From: Veleropilina oligotropha
Taxonomy: Eukaryota
Length of the DNA stretch: 64,000 nt
Direction: 5' to 3'
Assembly (NCBI GenBank): GCA_048128005.1
Contig: JBEUKZ010000046.1
Location: forward strand, 124,001-188,000
The notes beneath the pieces are model-generated. The model saw only the letters and a list, made by a program, of their open reading frames with translations. It was not told the DNA's origin and searched no databases. The position numbers were made by a program, and so were the translations under genes. This document shows, in pieces, positions 13,601 to 25,860 of the stretch (positions are counted from its first letter, which is position 1; every line of letters starts with the position of its first letter).

Positions 13601-16600
13601 TGAAGAAAGATTTCAATGTCAAGGCCACTTACAACAAACACAATTCAAGTACAAAATGACCAACAACTGATTTGTCAAAAACACAAATTATGAATGCAAT
13701 CATCGGATCGATGCTTAATATATCCTGTGCATGTATATTTACAACCATCAGGTTAAAAGCAGAATAAATCCATACTATCGCGAGATGAAAGCCCGGTTGT
13801 CCGGGAAACCTGCCTTCTCAGACCAGCTACGGAAAACCGTCCTTCATAACTGAAATAATGTTCCCACCGAGATTTGAACCCAATACTGTTTGTGTCAACG
13901 GAATCAAGCCAGTGATTTCAGAGTCTGTAACTGAAATCACACCAATGTGGGAACGGTCATGAATGCAATGAACGAAGATCTGAATCACAAGATCAATCCA
14001 AATGTTGTACAGAATTTATTATATCTTAAAAGGAAATGATCGATGCTTAATGTCCTGTATATTTCCAACCATCATTAGGTTCAATGCAGGACATGTCCAT
14101 ATTATCGCGAGAGGAAAGCCTGGTCGCACGGGGAAACCCACCCTCTCCGACCAGTTACGGACAACTGTGACTCATAACTTGAACAAATAATATCATGTCT
14201 CAATCGACGTTTGAACCCGCTACTGTTCATGTCAGCGAAATCAAGCCAGTGATTTTTCGAAGTCCGCAGCCGAAACTACACGACTGTTGGAGGTGCCTTA
14301 TTATACCTTAAGGTAGCTACACTACGACAAATATGTAACATATTGAAAATATACTTAAATAAGAATGTAACAGAAAGAAACAAAACATTTACGATTTCTT
14401 GAGATTTAGATCGAGGGATTTTTGTAAAGCTTTACCTGTCTGCTTCTAGTATGGGTCGAGGTATTTGTTTGGGTAGTTCTTGATAACAGAAATCTTTCAC
14501 ATAGAATTTTCCAGGGTCGTCTTCTGGCTCTACTCCCAAGACTGCAACGATGACACCTAGTGGAATATCCAGATCAGTTATTTGTACAACTTAACTTTTT
14601 AATACTTTAAATAATAACAAGCTAAATCCTCAAACTCAAAACTCGACGGGGTGCATCCCCTTCCATGGCAGCCATCTTGACCTCATCGTAACTATTGTGT
14701 ACATTAAATTAGAAGCAAATGGGATTATAACTACTGAGTGTAGAACATGCACAATAAATTATTTGTGGATACTGCGAGGTGAAGACGAAGGCAAAGTTCC
14801 CCGACTATCATCTTAGTATACAAAAACGTGTAAATTCTGATCAAATGCTGAGAGAACGTTTAACAATTTTGACTTAAAGAAATAACAAATCCTGAAATTG
14901 AGGACTCGGGACTCTCGAGTATAATACTTAACAACGACAGGGTCATTCTTGTTTGGACTAAGATTATTATTTTGCAAAATCCCTGATGTTTGTTTGGTCT
15001 AAATGATTCTTGTGGAGTTTGATACTTAACGTTATCCTACGGCAGCGAGTTTGAAACGTACATTTCTTCTGTGAGCTTTGAAAATATCACATGAGATAAA
15101 GTTGAGTGTCATATTATCATAGTGAACAGGATAAACGTACATACAAAAAAAGACACTGCAGGGTAAGATTTTTCATTTCATTTAAAAAAAATATTACTTT
15201 ATATATATATATGTCTGACAATGTTGAACAATGACAAAGCAATGAAAAGTGTCATGTAAATTGCAACTTATCGGGTATTCTAAGCACAAAATAACCTGGA
15301 TATTTGAAAAGGTGAGGAACATAGTACTCAAGTACTGTAGTCGTATACATTTATTTATAATTGACCGAATTTCAAATGAAAATGAGCGAAATGACGTCTA
15401 GCAGATGACATGAAGATTGGTATGGAAATGTCAAGTGTGATATGAGTATTTGTCACATGCCACGTGACGTCATCTAGACCAATGAAACATCACGAATTTC
15501 ACTAAATTAAAATATATATATACTATGTCACATTCGACATACACTTCTTAAACGGCATGTCCTGTTCGACGTCAAGTATTTGTGTCTGTTACTTGAGACG
15601 ATCAGATGTTTTGAGGTAAGGTAATGTACAGCAAAATGAAAACATCTTATTGATGAAAGTAAACAGATGAGACAATAATATACAACATTTGTATTGCCAC
15701 CTGTTACAGAGGTTTGGATGTCCAGCTTTCCGAAGAGCAGAATCCGCTGCAGATCATCTTCCAGGATAAGTTTGTCGTCACCATCTGTGTACTTGGATCT
15801 GATTGGCTGAGGAGTCAGGTTATGCTGTAGGAATACCATCGTGGTTTTATAATATTAAACATCCGAAACAAAGCAAAAATATTGATACAAATCTATTTGA
15901 CTAAATCGTCAAAAGAATATGATTATATGGCATGCATTACGTTGTCATAAGAATTATATTAGATGCAACAGTACCACTTAGTACTTAATGTTAGGATGCA
16001 CATCACCATTGCATGTGATACATTCCTAGTCTAAGTTTATATATTGAACACAAGGGTTTCCGCTTGATCACCAAAACTATGCAATGTTGAGACTATCAAA
16101 TCAGTGCTTGCATGGGGACACTGCAGATCACACAGAGACACTAACTATGGTGGTCTTAACTGTGAAATTGTTCATAATGTCGTAAAACATGTAATCAATG
16201 ATTCAAATTGAATCAATCACTTAATAATTTATTACCTCCTCACTTAGCTCCTTTAAAATGCTGGGCTTCAATTCCATGTGCTTAAACAGTGTGCCAATAA
16301 CAACACATGTTTTGTCGCTCACCAACTCACACAACTGTTTGATAGCAACATCAGATCCTGTAAATGAATATAATTATTTTGTTATTAAATATTGAGAATG
16401 ACACTAAAAGTTATAATGCTGAAAATTAAAATAAAACATTAAATGTTCTACAGAACAACATCCTCCATTTAATATATGCTCTGAAGATAAACCCTACTGG
16501 CCGTCAACACTTACTTTCCCCAACATAACTTTAAAGAGACTATTGCCCGTAAATGCGCTCTTTTCGTGACTGTGTAGCATGACTGATCACCCCCTATCGC

Positions 16601-19600
16601 ACGGTTCGCGAAGATTGAGACAAATTTTGCGAAGATATGATCGATAAATCTATGATCAAATGATAGACTTTTATTGAAATTATTATTGTAACTGGGCAAT
16701 ATATGTTATTGTCAAGTAAAAAGCTATCTTACTTGATGAGCAGAAACCTACGGAACTGTGCTCCAGTTGTATGTTGACTAGGTCAATTGGAAATGCACTC
16801 GGTGCGAGGTAATTAAACGCGGACCGCATTTAATTATTTTTAAATATTCAGTAGCGATTAATTTAAATAGTAGCAAATTACTGACGAAAGTCGAGTGTTT
16901 AAAATTCCTAACTTTTTATGTTATAAACAAAAAGTGTAATGCGGTTAGTTTTCTTTTTAAAAAAGAAAGACCGCTTTGATGGGCAATAGTCTCTTTAAAC
17001 AGATGTTTCTTGGAGAAATCCATAATTAATTTTGTGAAATGCTTGTGACAAGTTGGTTCTTGTTAGATAGGTCTTCTTCTTCTTCCGGGTGAAGTGCAGG
17101 ATTTCAATGTTGAAATATTACGCACTGTGGGAGGTGCAAGTGCTCGGTGCAACAAAATTCTGTGAGTGCAGACTAAAATCATATTTACATGTGCCAATAA
17201 AATCAGCCGGAATTTACGGTCTAAGTGTTGTTTCTTTCAGCCTTTCCTTGAAGATGTCGATTGATGTTATGTCGATGATTTCTTTATGGAGGCTATTCCA
17301 GAGTCTCTCTTGTAGTGATGGTAAATTAAGGGAGCCCAGCATAGATGTAACGCTGCTTGTGCTGGAGTAGTCTCTCGTGATAAATCGTGCCGATCTTCTT
17401 TGCACCATTTCCAACTTCTTGATATTGACAGCTGTTGGAGGGTGGGTCCCATACTGTGGAAGCGTATTCCACTTGGGGGCGAACGAGCATTTGGTAGCAC
17501 ATTGTCTTGGTGGATTTTGGACCTGCTTCATGTTCCGTTGTAGGAAAGCTCTGGTGGAGTTTGCTTTCTTGCAGATCTGTGTGATGTGATGATTCCATGA
17601 AAGTGTCCTATGCCCGTATTACTATGGAGATGTACCCCTAAATATTTTTCTGTATCTTTCCTTTCCAGATCCTGACCATGAATGTTATATATTGCTTCAA
17701 TTGGTTTGCGTTTGTTAGTAAACCGTATCAATTGGCATGTTTCTGGATGAAACTCCATCTGCCAGTCTTTTTTCCATTGGTGCAGTCTGTCAAGATCTTC
17801 CTGTAGTTTGCATGCATCTTCGTGCGTCTTTATTTTCCTACACAGGGCACAGTCGTCAGCAATGAGCCCAGCATTGGAGCCTGTTTGGATACACTCAGGG
17901 AGGTCGTTGATGAACAGGAGAAATAGTAGCCCTGTGGTACACCAGATAGTACAGGTGACGAATTTGATTGCACACCATTTAGTACGACTTGTTGCTCTCG
18001 TCCTGTGAGGAAGTCTGATAGCCATTTTTGTGTTGATCCAGTGATTCCGTAATAGTTGACTTTATGGAGTAATCGCTGATGTGGGACTTTGTCAAATACC
18101 TTTGAGAAGTCTAACAGGATTAGGTCAATTTGATCGCCGATATCCAGGCTTTGTGCGATATCCTGCACTGTTATGATCAATTGGGATTCACATGAGTGTT
18201 TTTTTCGGAATCCGTGTTGGACAGTTGTCAGTACCGGTATATTATGCAGGTCTAGGTGTTTCATGATGCTACTGTTGACTATATGCTCCAGGATCTTACA
18301 TGAAACAGATGTTAGTGACACTGGCCAATAGTTGACTGCTTTATTACGGTCTCATTTCTTGTAGATAGGAACAACATTGGCCTTCTTCCAATCTGATGGT
18401 ATAATGCCTTAATGTAACGAGGCCTGGAAGAATAAGGTGAATGCTGTCAGATGTGAGTTCAGATGCAGTTTCTTTAAGTAGTCGAGTTGGTATGTTATCA
18501 GGTCCTGTGGCTTTGTGTATTTGTAGATTAGATAATAGTTTTTCCACACCATTTGATGTTACGTTAATCGGAGGCATGGCTGTATAGGGGCTATGGCCTT
18601 TGGTCTTAATGGATGAGACATCTTCGTTCTTGTTGAAGACTGATGTAAATTGATCATTCAGGATTTCTGCCTTGGTCTTGTTATCACTATATGTGATGCC
18701 ACTGGAATTTTTTAGTGGAGCCACTCCTGTATTATCACCAAGGTCTGGTTCATCAAGATTTTTCTTAAAAAACCGAATTGACAAATTAATCAAAGTCAAA
18801 ATATTGTCACTGAAATCAGAGTACCCAACATGGTAGCTGGAGGTTTCGCCCCAATGTCGTGGCGGTTTCGCCCCAGTTTATTATTTTAATAAATTACTAT
18901 AAAAAATAACATATATTGCTAAATACTGTCCCTAAAAATAATTCTATCCTAAGTGTGACAAATTTCTATTAAATTACAAGGCCTTCCTTTCAAGTTTGAG
19001 TTTTGTGTAAGCAAAACGATCTCGCACAGAGTAACTTCACATGGCGTTATCAATAGCAAATATATATATATATATGACAAAAGTGTTTGATTTTTATTGC
19101 AAAACATAATGATACATTTCAAATAACGTATAAATAATACAGAACAGACATAATGAATGTATACAATAATCTCTGTGAAATTACGAAACTGTACACGGAA
19201 ATATTTTATTTGCAAATGGCGACGTATAATCAGCGTACTCTTTACAATCTTTACAATCTTTACAATCTTTACAATCTTTGTGATCAAAATCATCTATGTG
19301 TTTGCTCTTGGGTAGATGTCAAGCTTATCCAAGGTGATAAACTGGACGTAAACGTCGTGTACAAAATTATGATGACATTATTGTGTACAAACTCAAAATG
19401 ATGTGAACTTTTTGATGTACAAATTAACCTGTACTCGTATTCGTGAACCGAATAAAACTTACTATTCATTCATTTACAATCTTTAACACAACGATTTATA
19501 CACGATGATTAAACTAAAACAGTAAATAGTAAGAGTTTTAATGTCATATGTTATATTTATGTAATATTTTGTCTTGTTGAAGTACGGATTTTAGAGTTGG

Positions 19601-20354
19601 GGCGAAACCTCCTGGGACATTTTTAGCATAGGGCGAACCAGTAATGGGGCGAACTTGATTGGGGCGAAACCTCCAGAAACCCCCAACATTCACAAACCTA
19701 ATACAAGCCATGCAACCAGATTGAATGGATGGATTGATGCTTAATGTCCATATATTTACAACCATGGGGTGACACTACCCTCTGGGGGGACGGTCTTTAT
19801 CGACTCCAGTGTCATCCATCCTCTTCATTTCATAAATTACTGCTGTTATATTATGTATTTAGATATTGCAAATGAGAGGTAAATAAAAATCTATCTATCT
19901 ACCATCTGCTGGTTCAAAATAAGACCTGTCCATATTATCGGTGCAGGAAAATCCGGTCGCTCGGGAAACACGTCTTCTTGCGATTGATAACTGAACAAAG
20001 AATGTCAATGAGGGCATTATGCGCCAGCCGAGATTCGAACCCCGTCCTGTTAGTTAGAGTAATCGAGTCAGTGATATCACCCAATGCAGAAAGTGCGAAT
20101 GTTTGCGACAAGTCTAAATATAATTTACCCCACTTTCTCTTGGCTGCATCAGTGAGCTTTGGTCTAGCCGTGTATAATCGTTCTGCATACAAGTGCGCGT
20201 ACTGTCGAGAAAAGTTTTTATCTTTTATCCTAAACCTGATCGATGCATCCTCAAATTCACAGTCAGTCCTTTGAAATGAAACTTCAGAATCGGATGACGG
20301 TGCTGTCAATAGATTGCCGACATTCTCAGTTTGGGTATTCGGCGAATAAATCAT
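4551..20354 (-). CDS. POLD2: DNA polymerase delta subunit 2 (p50, B subunit), spliced. Exons 20354-20129, 16357-16236, 15824-15701, 14556-14436, 13594-13399, 12797-12717, 12410-12253, 6082-5955, 4652-4551. 3'-incomplete: last exon not found in window.
   Basis: Nine GT-AG-bounded exons join in phase (1258 nt). They translate to family motifs [101 protein letters not shown] and PHVYFAGN. Confidence 0.97.
5955..6082 (-). CDS. POLD2: POLD2 coding exon 8 ([43 protein letters not shown])
   Basis: TTTGCAG acceptor, GTAAGC donor, 128 nt; H-x-x-PTAPDTL motif. Confidence 0.97.
7310..8190. mobile_element. Unclassified ~540-bp interspersed element (family C), interrupted by a SINE
   Basis: Reverse-complement match to the tandem pair at 23330-24415. 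Confidence 0.8.
7567..7899 (-). mobile_element. tRNA-derived SINE family B (CORE/Deu-Nin-like domains, L2-like tail)
   Basis: A box TGGCTCAGTGG, B box GAGTTCGCCCC, CTTGGGCAAG, CCACCCAGC..AATGGGTACC, 3' GCGCTATATAA plus (TAT)n; second copy at 29207-29525. Confidence 0.85.
8571..8812 (-). mobile_element. tRNA-derived SINE family A (V-domain-like)
   Basis: Matches the other family A copies; TSD GCTGACCGA. Confidence 0.9.
10069..11348. mobile_element. Non-autonomous hAT-like element with 6-bp TSD
   Basis: Termini CATGGTTCGAAATA / TATTTCTAACCCTG; TSD CTGCAA; subterminal CGGACAA repeats. Confidence 0.75.
12253..12410 (-). CDS. POLD2: POLD2 coding exon 7 ([30 protein letters not shown]...[12 protein letters not shown])
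   Basis: TGTAG acceptor, GTAAAT donor, 158 nt; MPGEFDP, PQQPLH and TNPY motifs. Confidence 0.97.
12717..12797 (-). CDS. POLD2: POLD2 coding exon 6 ([27 protein letters not shown])
   Basis: CTTAG acceptor, GTGAGT donor, 81 nt; AKYLTKK motif. Confidence 0.95.
13399..13594 (-). CDS. POLD2: POLD2 coding exon 5 ([12 protein letters not shown]...[10 protein letters not shown]...[10 protein letters not shown]...LSK)
   Basis: TTCTAG acceptor, GTAATA donor, phase 2 to 0; phosphoesterase-like domain motifs. Confidence 0.96.
13708..14290 (-). mobile_element. Two diverged SINE family A copies (about 13708-13945 and 14035-14290)
   Basis: Degenerate matches to the family A consensus (ATGCTTAATGTCCTG, CAAGCCAGTGA). 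Confidence 0.75.
14436..14556 (-). CDS. POLD2: POLD2 coding exon 4 ([40 protein letters not shown])
   Basis: CTAG acceptor, GTAAAG donor, phase 1 to 2; G-x-x-x-AVLG..GKF motif. Confidence 0.93.
15701..15824 (-). CDS. POLD2: POLD2 coding exon 3 ([42 protein letters not shown])
   Basis: CTACAG acceptor; LEDDLQRI motif; 124 nt; the donor is a weak GTGGCA. Confidence 0.92.
16236..16357 (-). CDS. POLD2: POLD2 coding exon 2 ([40 protein letters not shown])
   Basis: TTTACAG acceptor, GTAATA donor, 122 nt, phase 1 to 0; GTLFK motif. Confidence 0.95.
16535..16994. mobile_element. Kolobok-like MITE
   Basis: TTAA|AGAGACTATTGCCC ... GGGCAATAGTCTCT|TTAA; partial copies at 23167-23325 and about 33500-33652. 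Confidence 0.8.
17075..18740 (-). mobile_element. 5'-truncated, frameshifted non-LTR retrotransposon (CR1/L2 group) reverse transcriptase in POLD2 intron 1
   Basis: [63 protein letters not shown] motifs; (GAA)n 3' tail; candidate TSD AGGTCT at 17069 and 18741. Confidence 0.93.
18832..19681. mobile_element. Non-autonomous TIR transposon with GG..CC ends and 8-bp TSD (Merlin-like; superfamily uncertain)
   Basis: GGTAGCTGGAGGTTTCGCCCCAA / TTGGGGCGAAACCTCCAGAAACC; TSD CCCAACAT; subterminal GGGCGAA repeats. Confidence 0.8.
19890..20100 (-). mobile_element. Old SINE related to family A, next to the POLD2 exon 1 donor
   Basis: GGTTCGAATC B box on the minus strand, V-like core; a similar relic lies at about 48610-48780. 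Confidence 0.6.
20129..20354 (-). CDS. POLD2: POLD2 coding exon 1 (MIYSPNTQ...[29 protein letters not shown])
   Basis: ATG at 20354 in GCCATG context; FSRQYAH motif; donor G|GTAAAT, phase 1. Confidence 0.95.
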
Positions 20355-20448
20355 GGCAAACCTGCTATTTTTTTCATTTAAAATCTATATCTAAAATTCA
20401 AATATGACAATTTGCTCATACATTCATCGGAACCCATTCATCTTACAA

Positions 20449-20460
20449 GCTTCCCGCCAT
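20449..20460. promoter_or_regulatory. Candidate E2F site (TTCCCGCC) overlapping a YY1-like GCCAT core in the POLD2 proximal promoter
   Basis: GCTTCCCGCCAT lies about 100 bp upstream of the POLD2 ATG, and replication genes are typical E2F targets. Motif match only. Confidence 0.45.
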
Positions 20461-20873
20461 TAGCAAGAACTCTTCAGTAAAATAAGAACAGATAATTCGG
20501 AATTGTTAAGATGACCATTCGAAATATAAAGGTATTATATATTTTATCATTATTATTTTGAACTTCATAGAACTTCATAGAACTGGTTCCATACAAGGGC
20601 AGATAACTCATTATTATTTTGAACTCCATAGAACTGGTTCCATACAAGGGCAGATAATTCTATCAGTCTTCAGAAAATTCAAAGGAAATATTAGTTGGAC
20701 ATAAATGTAGATAATACACTGTCAGCCCGAGCGATATATATATGGGTGCCGTTTTGCTATTTAATCGTATTCGTGATATCACGCAGTCGTCTAAGTGATA
20801 TCACATAGAAGACTGGGTGATATCACCCATTCAAACGAATGAGTGATATCATGCAGTCGTCTAAGTGATATAT

Positions 20874-21143
20874 GGGCCGCTTCGGTAGCGCAGTGGGTCG
20901 AGTGTCCACTCTAAATTCACTGGCTTGTTTCCGCTGACGCGAACAGTAGTGGGATCGACCCCCGGCTGAGGCAGCACACATTTGTTCAAGTTATGAAGCA
21001 CAGTTGTCTGTGACTGGCCGAAGAGGGCGGGTTTACCCGGGCGACCGGGGTTTCCTCCCGCGATAACACGGACATGTCCTGCCTTGAACCTCGATGTTGT
21101 AAATATACAGGACATTAAGCATAATTCCTCCTCTTCCTCCTCC
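20874..21143 (+). mobile_element. Full-length SINE family A
   Basis: A box GGTAGCGCAGTGG, B box GGGATCGACCCC, (CCT)n tail, TSD TCTAAGTGATAT. Confidence 0.92.
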
Positions 21144-21654
21144 TCTAAGTGATATCACTCATTCGTTTGTGTGATATCACTCATTCAAACGAATGTGTGA
21201 TATCACACAGTCGTCTATGTGATATCACCCATTCAAACGACTACGTGATATCACTCATTCGTCTAAGTGGTATCACGCATTCGTTTTGATCTACTGCCAA
21301 ATAATAAATTATCCCCTGTGGTGCTCCGCAAATGATGAAGCCATTCGATTTACTGCATCGAGCGATTGTTATGTAATGACGCGCAGACTGTAAATATATT
21401 ACTTGTTCTATTATTTATATGTAATGTAAACTTTATTCTTATTTATAAATAAATGTTTTGCAATATATAATGCTATTAAATAATGGAATTCATTTCTTCA
21501 TTATTTACAAATAATAAGAGCAATGATTAATTAACAGTCTTGGTGCATCAATTATTATTATTCATTTAATTAGTCTACCATGCCATGATATTTGCACAGT
21601 TGTTTACATTGTATAGACATGTTTTAATTGTTTGTATATAATGTATTTGGATTG

Positions 21655-21812
<158 letters not shown>

Positions 21813-23329
21813 CTTAAATGAGTGATGTGTGTAAGTGTGTACACAGTAAATACAAAATAAATAACATTATTACGTTTATACATGGTTTTCTTTATTTAAT
21901 ATATATATATATATACGGCGTCAGCTTGTATTTTTGGACCGTCAAAAAAGCTCCCTATATGGCCTTTTCAAATGTTGACAGGTCTGAGAATACGTAATAA
22001 TTTGTAATTGGTGTGATTCATGCAGTGACTATAAACTGGTCAAATATGCGTCTCGAGTGACTATGTCATGATTGTTATTATTATTGTTGTTGTTTCAATA
22101 GTAACCATAAATCTAGTGCCCCCGCAAACAATTAATAACCAACAAACTCAGCAAAAACGCGACATTTTAATGCACATTCAGCATGTAATAAGTAGTGCCA
22201 ACCGGTGTTTGGAAAATGAAGATTATGACTGCAATCAAGTAAAAGTTGAGCTATGCATCAGCATCCATTCCTTCGATACCGGCCATTGTTTTCTTAGATT
22301 ACTGCTAAAACAGATATTTACTGCATATATTCAGTTGTAAATAATAAAATTTAACGCCCCCCTTCCTAAAAAAGTAAACTGTTCATCTCCTGAAGGATAC
22401 AAAATAAAACTTTCCATTTGTGTTATGAAAAATAATAAATTAACAGGACTATTTATCCAATCGCCTCTATTGGGGACACAGGGAGCAATAACTATCTTTG
22501 AAAATAGCGAATGTGTGATATCACCCAGTCGTCTAAGCGATATCACGTAGTCGTTTGAATGAGTGATATCACTTAGAACACTGCGTGATATCACTCGGAC
22601 GAATGGGTGATATCACGTAGTCGTTTGAATGGGTGACATCACTTGGACGAATGAGTGATATCACTTAGACGACTGCGTGATATCCCGCATTCGTGTGAAT
22701 AGGCGATATCACGCAGTCGTCTGCGTGATATCATGCAGTCGTCTAAGTGATATCATGTAGACTGTGTGATATCACTCATTCGATTGCGACTGAGTGATAT
22801 CACTCATTCGTCTACGTGATATCACCCAGTGAATGGGTGATATCACTCAGTGAATGGGTGATAGCACGCAAAAGCGATTAAATAGCAAAACGGCACCCCA
22901 TAATATATACACATAACATGCAGAGTGAGAGCAAGGCTGTTATGTTTATGTTGTCGTGGGGTGGAAGCTGTATTATCTGTTGAAATATATTGTAAATTAC
23001 AAGCTGTCACCCCTTAAAACATTCCATTGCCTAACATATAACGCCCTCATGGGGTGATATATGAGAAATTGACTCTTCCATTTGCAAGTTGTCAAATCCT
23101 TTGTGACTCAATTTAATCTGGCAAGCGAGCCAAGTTATGCCAGTAAATTTGAACAATAGGGAAATTAAATAGACTATTGCCCGTAAATAAGGTCTTTTTT
23201 CTTTGAAAAGAAAACTAACCGCATTAAAATTTGTGTTTATATAAATAAAATTTCCAATTGACCTAGTTGGAGCACAATTGCGTAGGTTTCTGCTCGTCTA
23301 GTAATTAGCTTTCTACTTGACAATAATAT

Positions 23330-24415
23330 AATATGTTGTAGGTAGCACCTAGATACGAACGCAGAATAGAGATTATACACAAATAAAAATTATGAAATCC
23401 GTACCCTGCGTTGTCTTCTTAATTTTTGAAATGCGCCTTTTATTCATAATAACGTCTAGTTTAAGCTGACACACATTCTGCGACGTCACCCATTGTTGCT
23501 TAGCTATGCATTTCTCCGATGTCACAATTTGTCAAAATATCACGCCATTGTAGCAAAAGATATATGCATTGACGAGTGTAATGGGTTTATATCGATTTGT
23601 CGCGTTATTAATGTTATTGTACTTGGATAATTTGAAGTCCCATAATTACGTTGTTTTGCATATCTCGATGGTGCGAGATTTTGGTACTCCAATAAAACAA
23701 GATCAACAAGATCGAGTGATGAACACAAAACGTTAGAAACATGGCTGACTGGAGTTTGCGCAGTGGTCAATTCGTGACCATCCGGTTCAAGTTGCAAGGT
23801 ATGCACAGGTATGTGTATTTATTGTGGTCATGTCTCTAAACTATAGGACGATCTTCGTTCGTTAATATGTTGTAGGTAGCACCTAGATACGACGCAGAAT
23901 AGGGATTATACACAAATAAAATTATGAAATCCGTACCCTGCAATGTCTTCTTAATATTTGAAACGCGTCTTTTATTCATAACGTCTAGTGCAAGCTGACA
24001 CATATATTCCACGACGTCACCCATTGTTGCTTAGCTAGGCATTTTCTCTGACGTCGCAATTTTCAAAACATCACGCCATTCTTGCAGCAAAAGATATATG
24101 CATAGACGATAGCAATGGGTTTATATCGATTTGTCGCATTATTAATGTTATTGTACTTGGATAATTTGAAGTGTAAAATCAGCCGTTGTACCGTAATTAC
24201 GTTGTTTTGCATATCTCGATGGTGCGAGACTTTGGTACTCCAATAAAACAAGATCAACAAGATCGAGTGATGAACACAAAACATTCGAAACATGGCTGAC
24301 TCGAGTTTGCGCAGTGGTCAATTCGTGACCATCCGGTTCAAGTTGCAAGGTATGCACAGGTATGTGTATATATTGTGGTCATGTCTCTAATCTATAGGAA
24401 GATCTTCATTCGTTA
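23330..24415. mobile_element. Head-to-tail dimer of the ~540-bp family C element
   Basis: Two tandem copies with a junction at about 23865; homolog at 7310-8190. Confidence 0.88.
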
Positions 24416-24946
24416 TAAACCCCTAGGGGTGATATCAGATATTTGACGGCGTTGATATCACTCTTTTTCTACCTGATATGCTAACGGAATTTATCACAAG
24501 TAAATACACTGATGATACTCTGCGTGATATCACCATTAAATCTCGGCTACGCTTCGATCTAATTGTGATATCACACCTTGATCATCAGTGTATTATTTAA
24601 TATATATTGCCCTGTTACAATAATAATTTCAACTAGAACTGCAAGCAGTTATACGGCTTCTGTTGTCACCAAATTCATAAGTAACAGGTCATGGTTACGT
24701 TTGAATGCCCCATCAACTTTGCAAAATTTATTCATCATTTTGCCGCATTTCTGCTTATTAGGTCATTTTCGACGCTGTAGGTCATCCAAGGTCAAAGTCA
24801 CCTTAGAAAGCCTACATAATATGTTCTAAATGTCCATAGGCTATTATTTACCAATTGTCGTTAATTATGCCATTTTTGGTTATCTCGATCATACAAGGTA
24901 AATGCCAAAGTCTCATTATAAAACATACTAGCCGAAATTCCCCATT

Positions 24947-25860
24947 GTTTGCCCACTTTGACCCCCCACTGCCACTTTGATCCCCCACCCCCACTTTGAC
25001 CTCCCACCCTCACTTTGACCCCACCCCCACTTTGACTTCCAACCCCCACTTTAACTCCCACCCACACTGACCCCCACCACCATTTTGACCCCCACCCCCA
25101 CTTTGACCCACATCCCCACTTTGACCCCCACCCCCCATTGACCTCCACCCTCACTTTGACCCCACCCCCACTTTGATCTCCACCCGCACTTTGACCCCCA
25201 ACCCAATTTGATCCCCACCCCCACCCCCACTTTTACCCACCCCCACTTTTACCTCCACCCACACTTTGAATCCCACACCCACTGACCCCCATGCCCACTT
25301 TGACCCCCACACCCACTTTGACCCCACACCCACTTTGACCCCCCACCCCCAACCGCACTTTGAACCCACCCCCACTTTGACCCCACCCCCACTGACCCCC
25401 ATTCCCACTTTGACCCCCACCCCACTTTGACCATCATCCCACCCCCACCCCCTCTTTGACCCCCACTCCAACTTTGACACCCTCCCCCACTTTGACCCTC
25501 ACCCCCACCCCGACTTTGACCTCCACACCACATTGACCCTCACCCCCACTTTGACCCCCATCTCCACTTTGACCTCCCCCACCCCAAATTGTACCCCCAC
25601 CACCACTTTGACCCACCCCCACTTTGACCCGATCCCCCACCCCTACTTTGACCCCCACTTTGACCCCATCCCCCCCCCATTTTGACCCCCACCCTCAATT
25701 TGACCCCGACCCCAACTTTTGCTCCCACCCCCAATTTCCCCCCACCACCACTCTGACCCCCACACCCCTTTTCCTCCACACCACTTTTCCCCCCACATCA
25801 CTTTGCCCCCACATGCCAATTTCCCCCCTCCCACTTACCAGCCCACTAACCCTCCTCCAC
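24947..25860. repeat. C-rich minisatellite (~17-18-bp unit CCCCACTTTGACCCCCA) inside a HINE-like element (about 24633-25945)
   Basis: Dozens of degenerate units; it accounts for the Gly/Val-rich spurious ORFs. Confidence 0.95.

Noticed and set aside
17214..18799. Intact, active LINE ORF2
   Set aside because: It is 5'-truncated with many frameshifts and stops and an internal deletion near the 3' end.
20874..20970. tRNA gene
   Set aside because: A and B boxes are present but there is no cloverleaf, and the sequence continues into a SINE body with TSDs.
20861..21115. Recurrent [21 protein letters not shown]s (also at 29534, 31986, 39468, 54226) as a gene family
   Set aside because: They are antisense readings of SINE family A copies.
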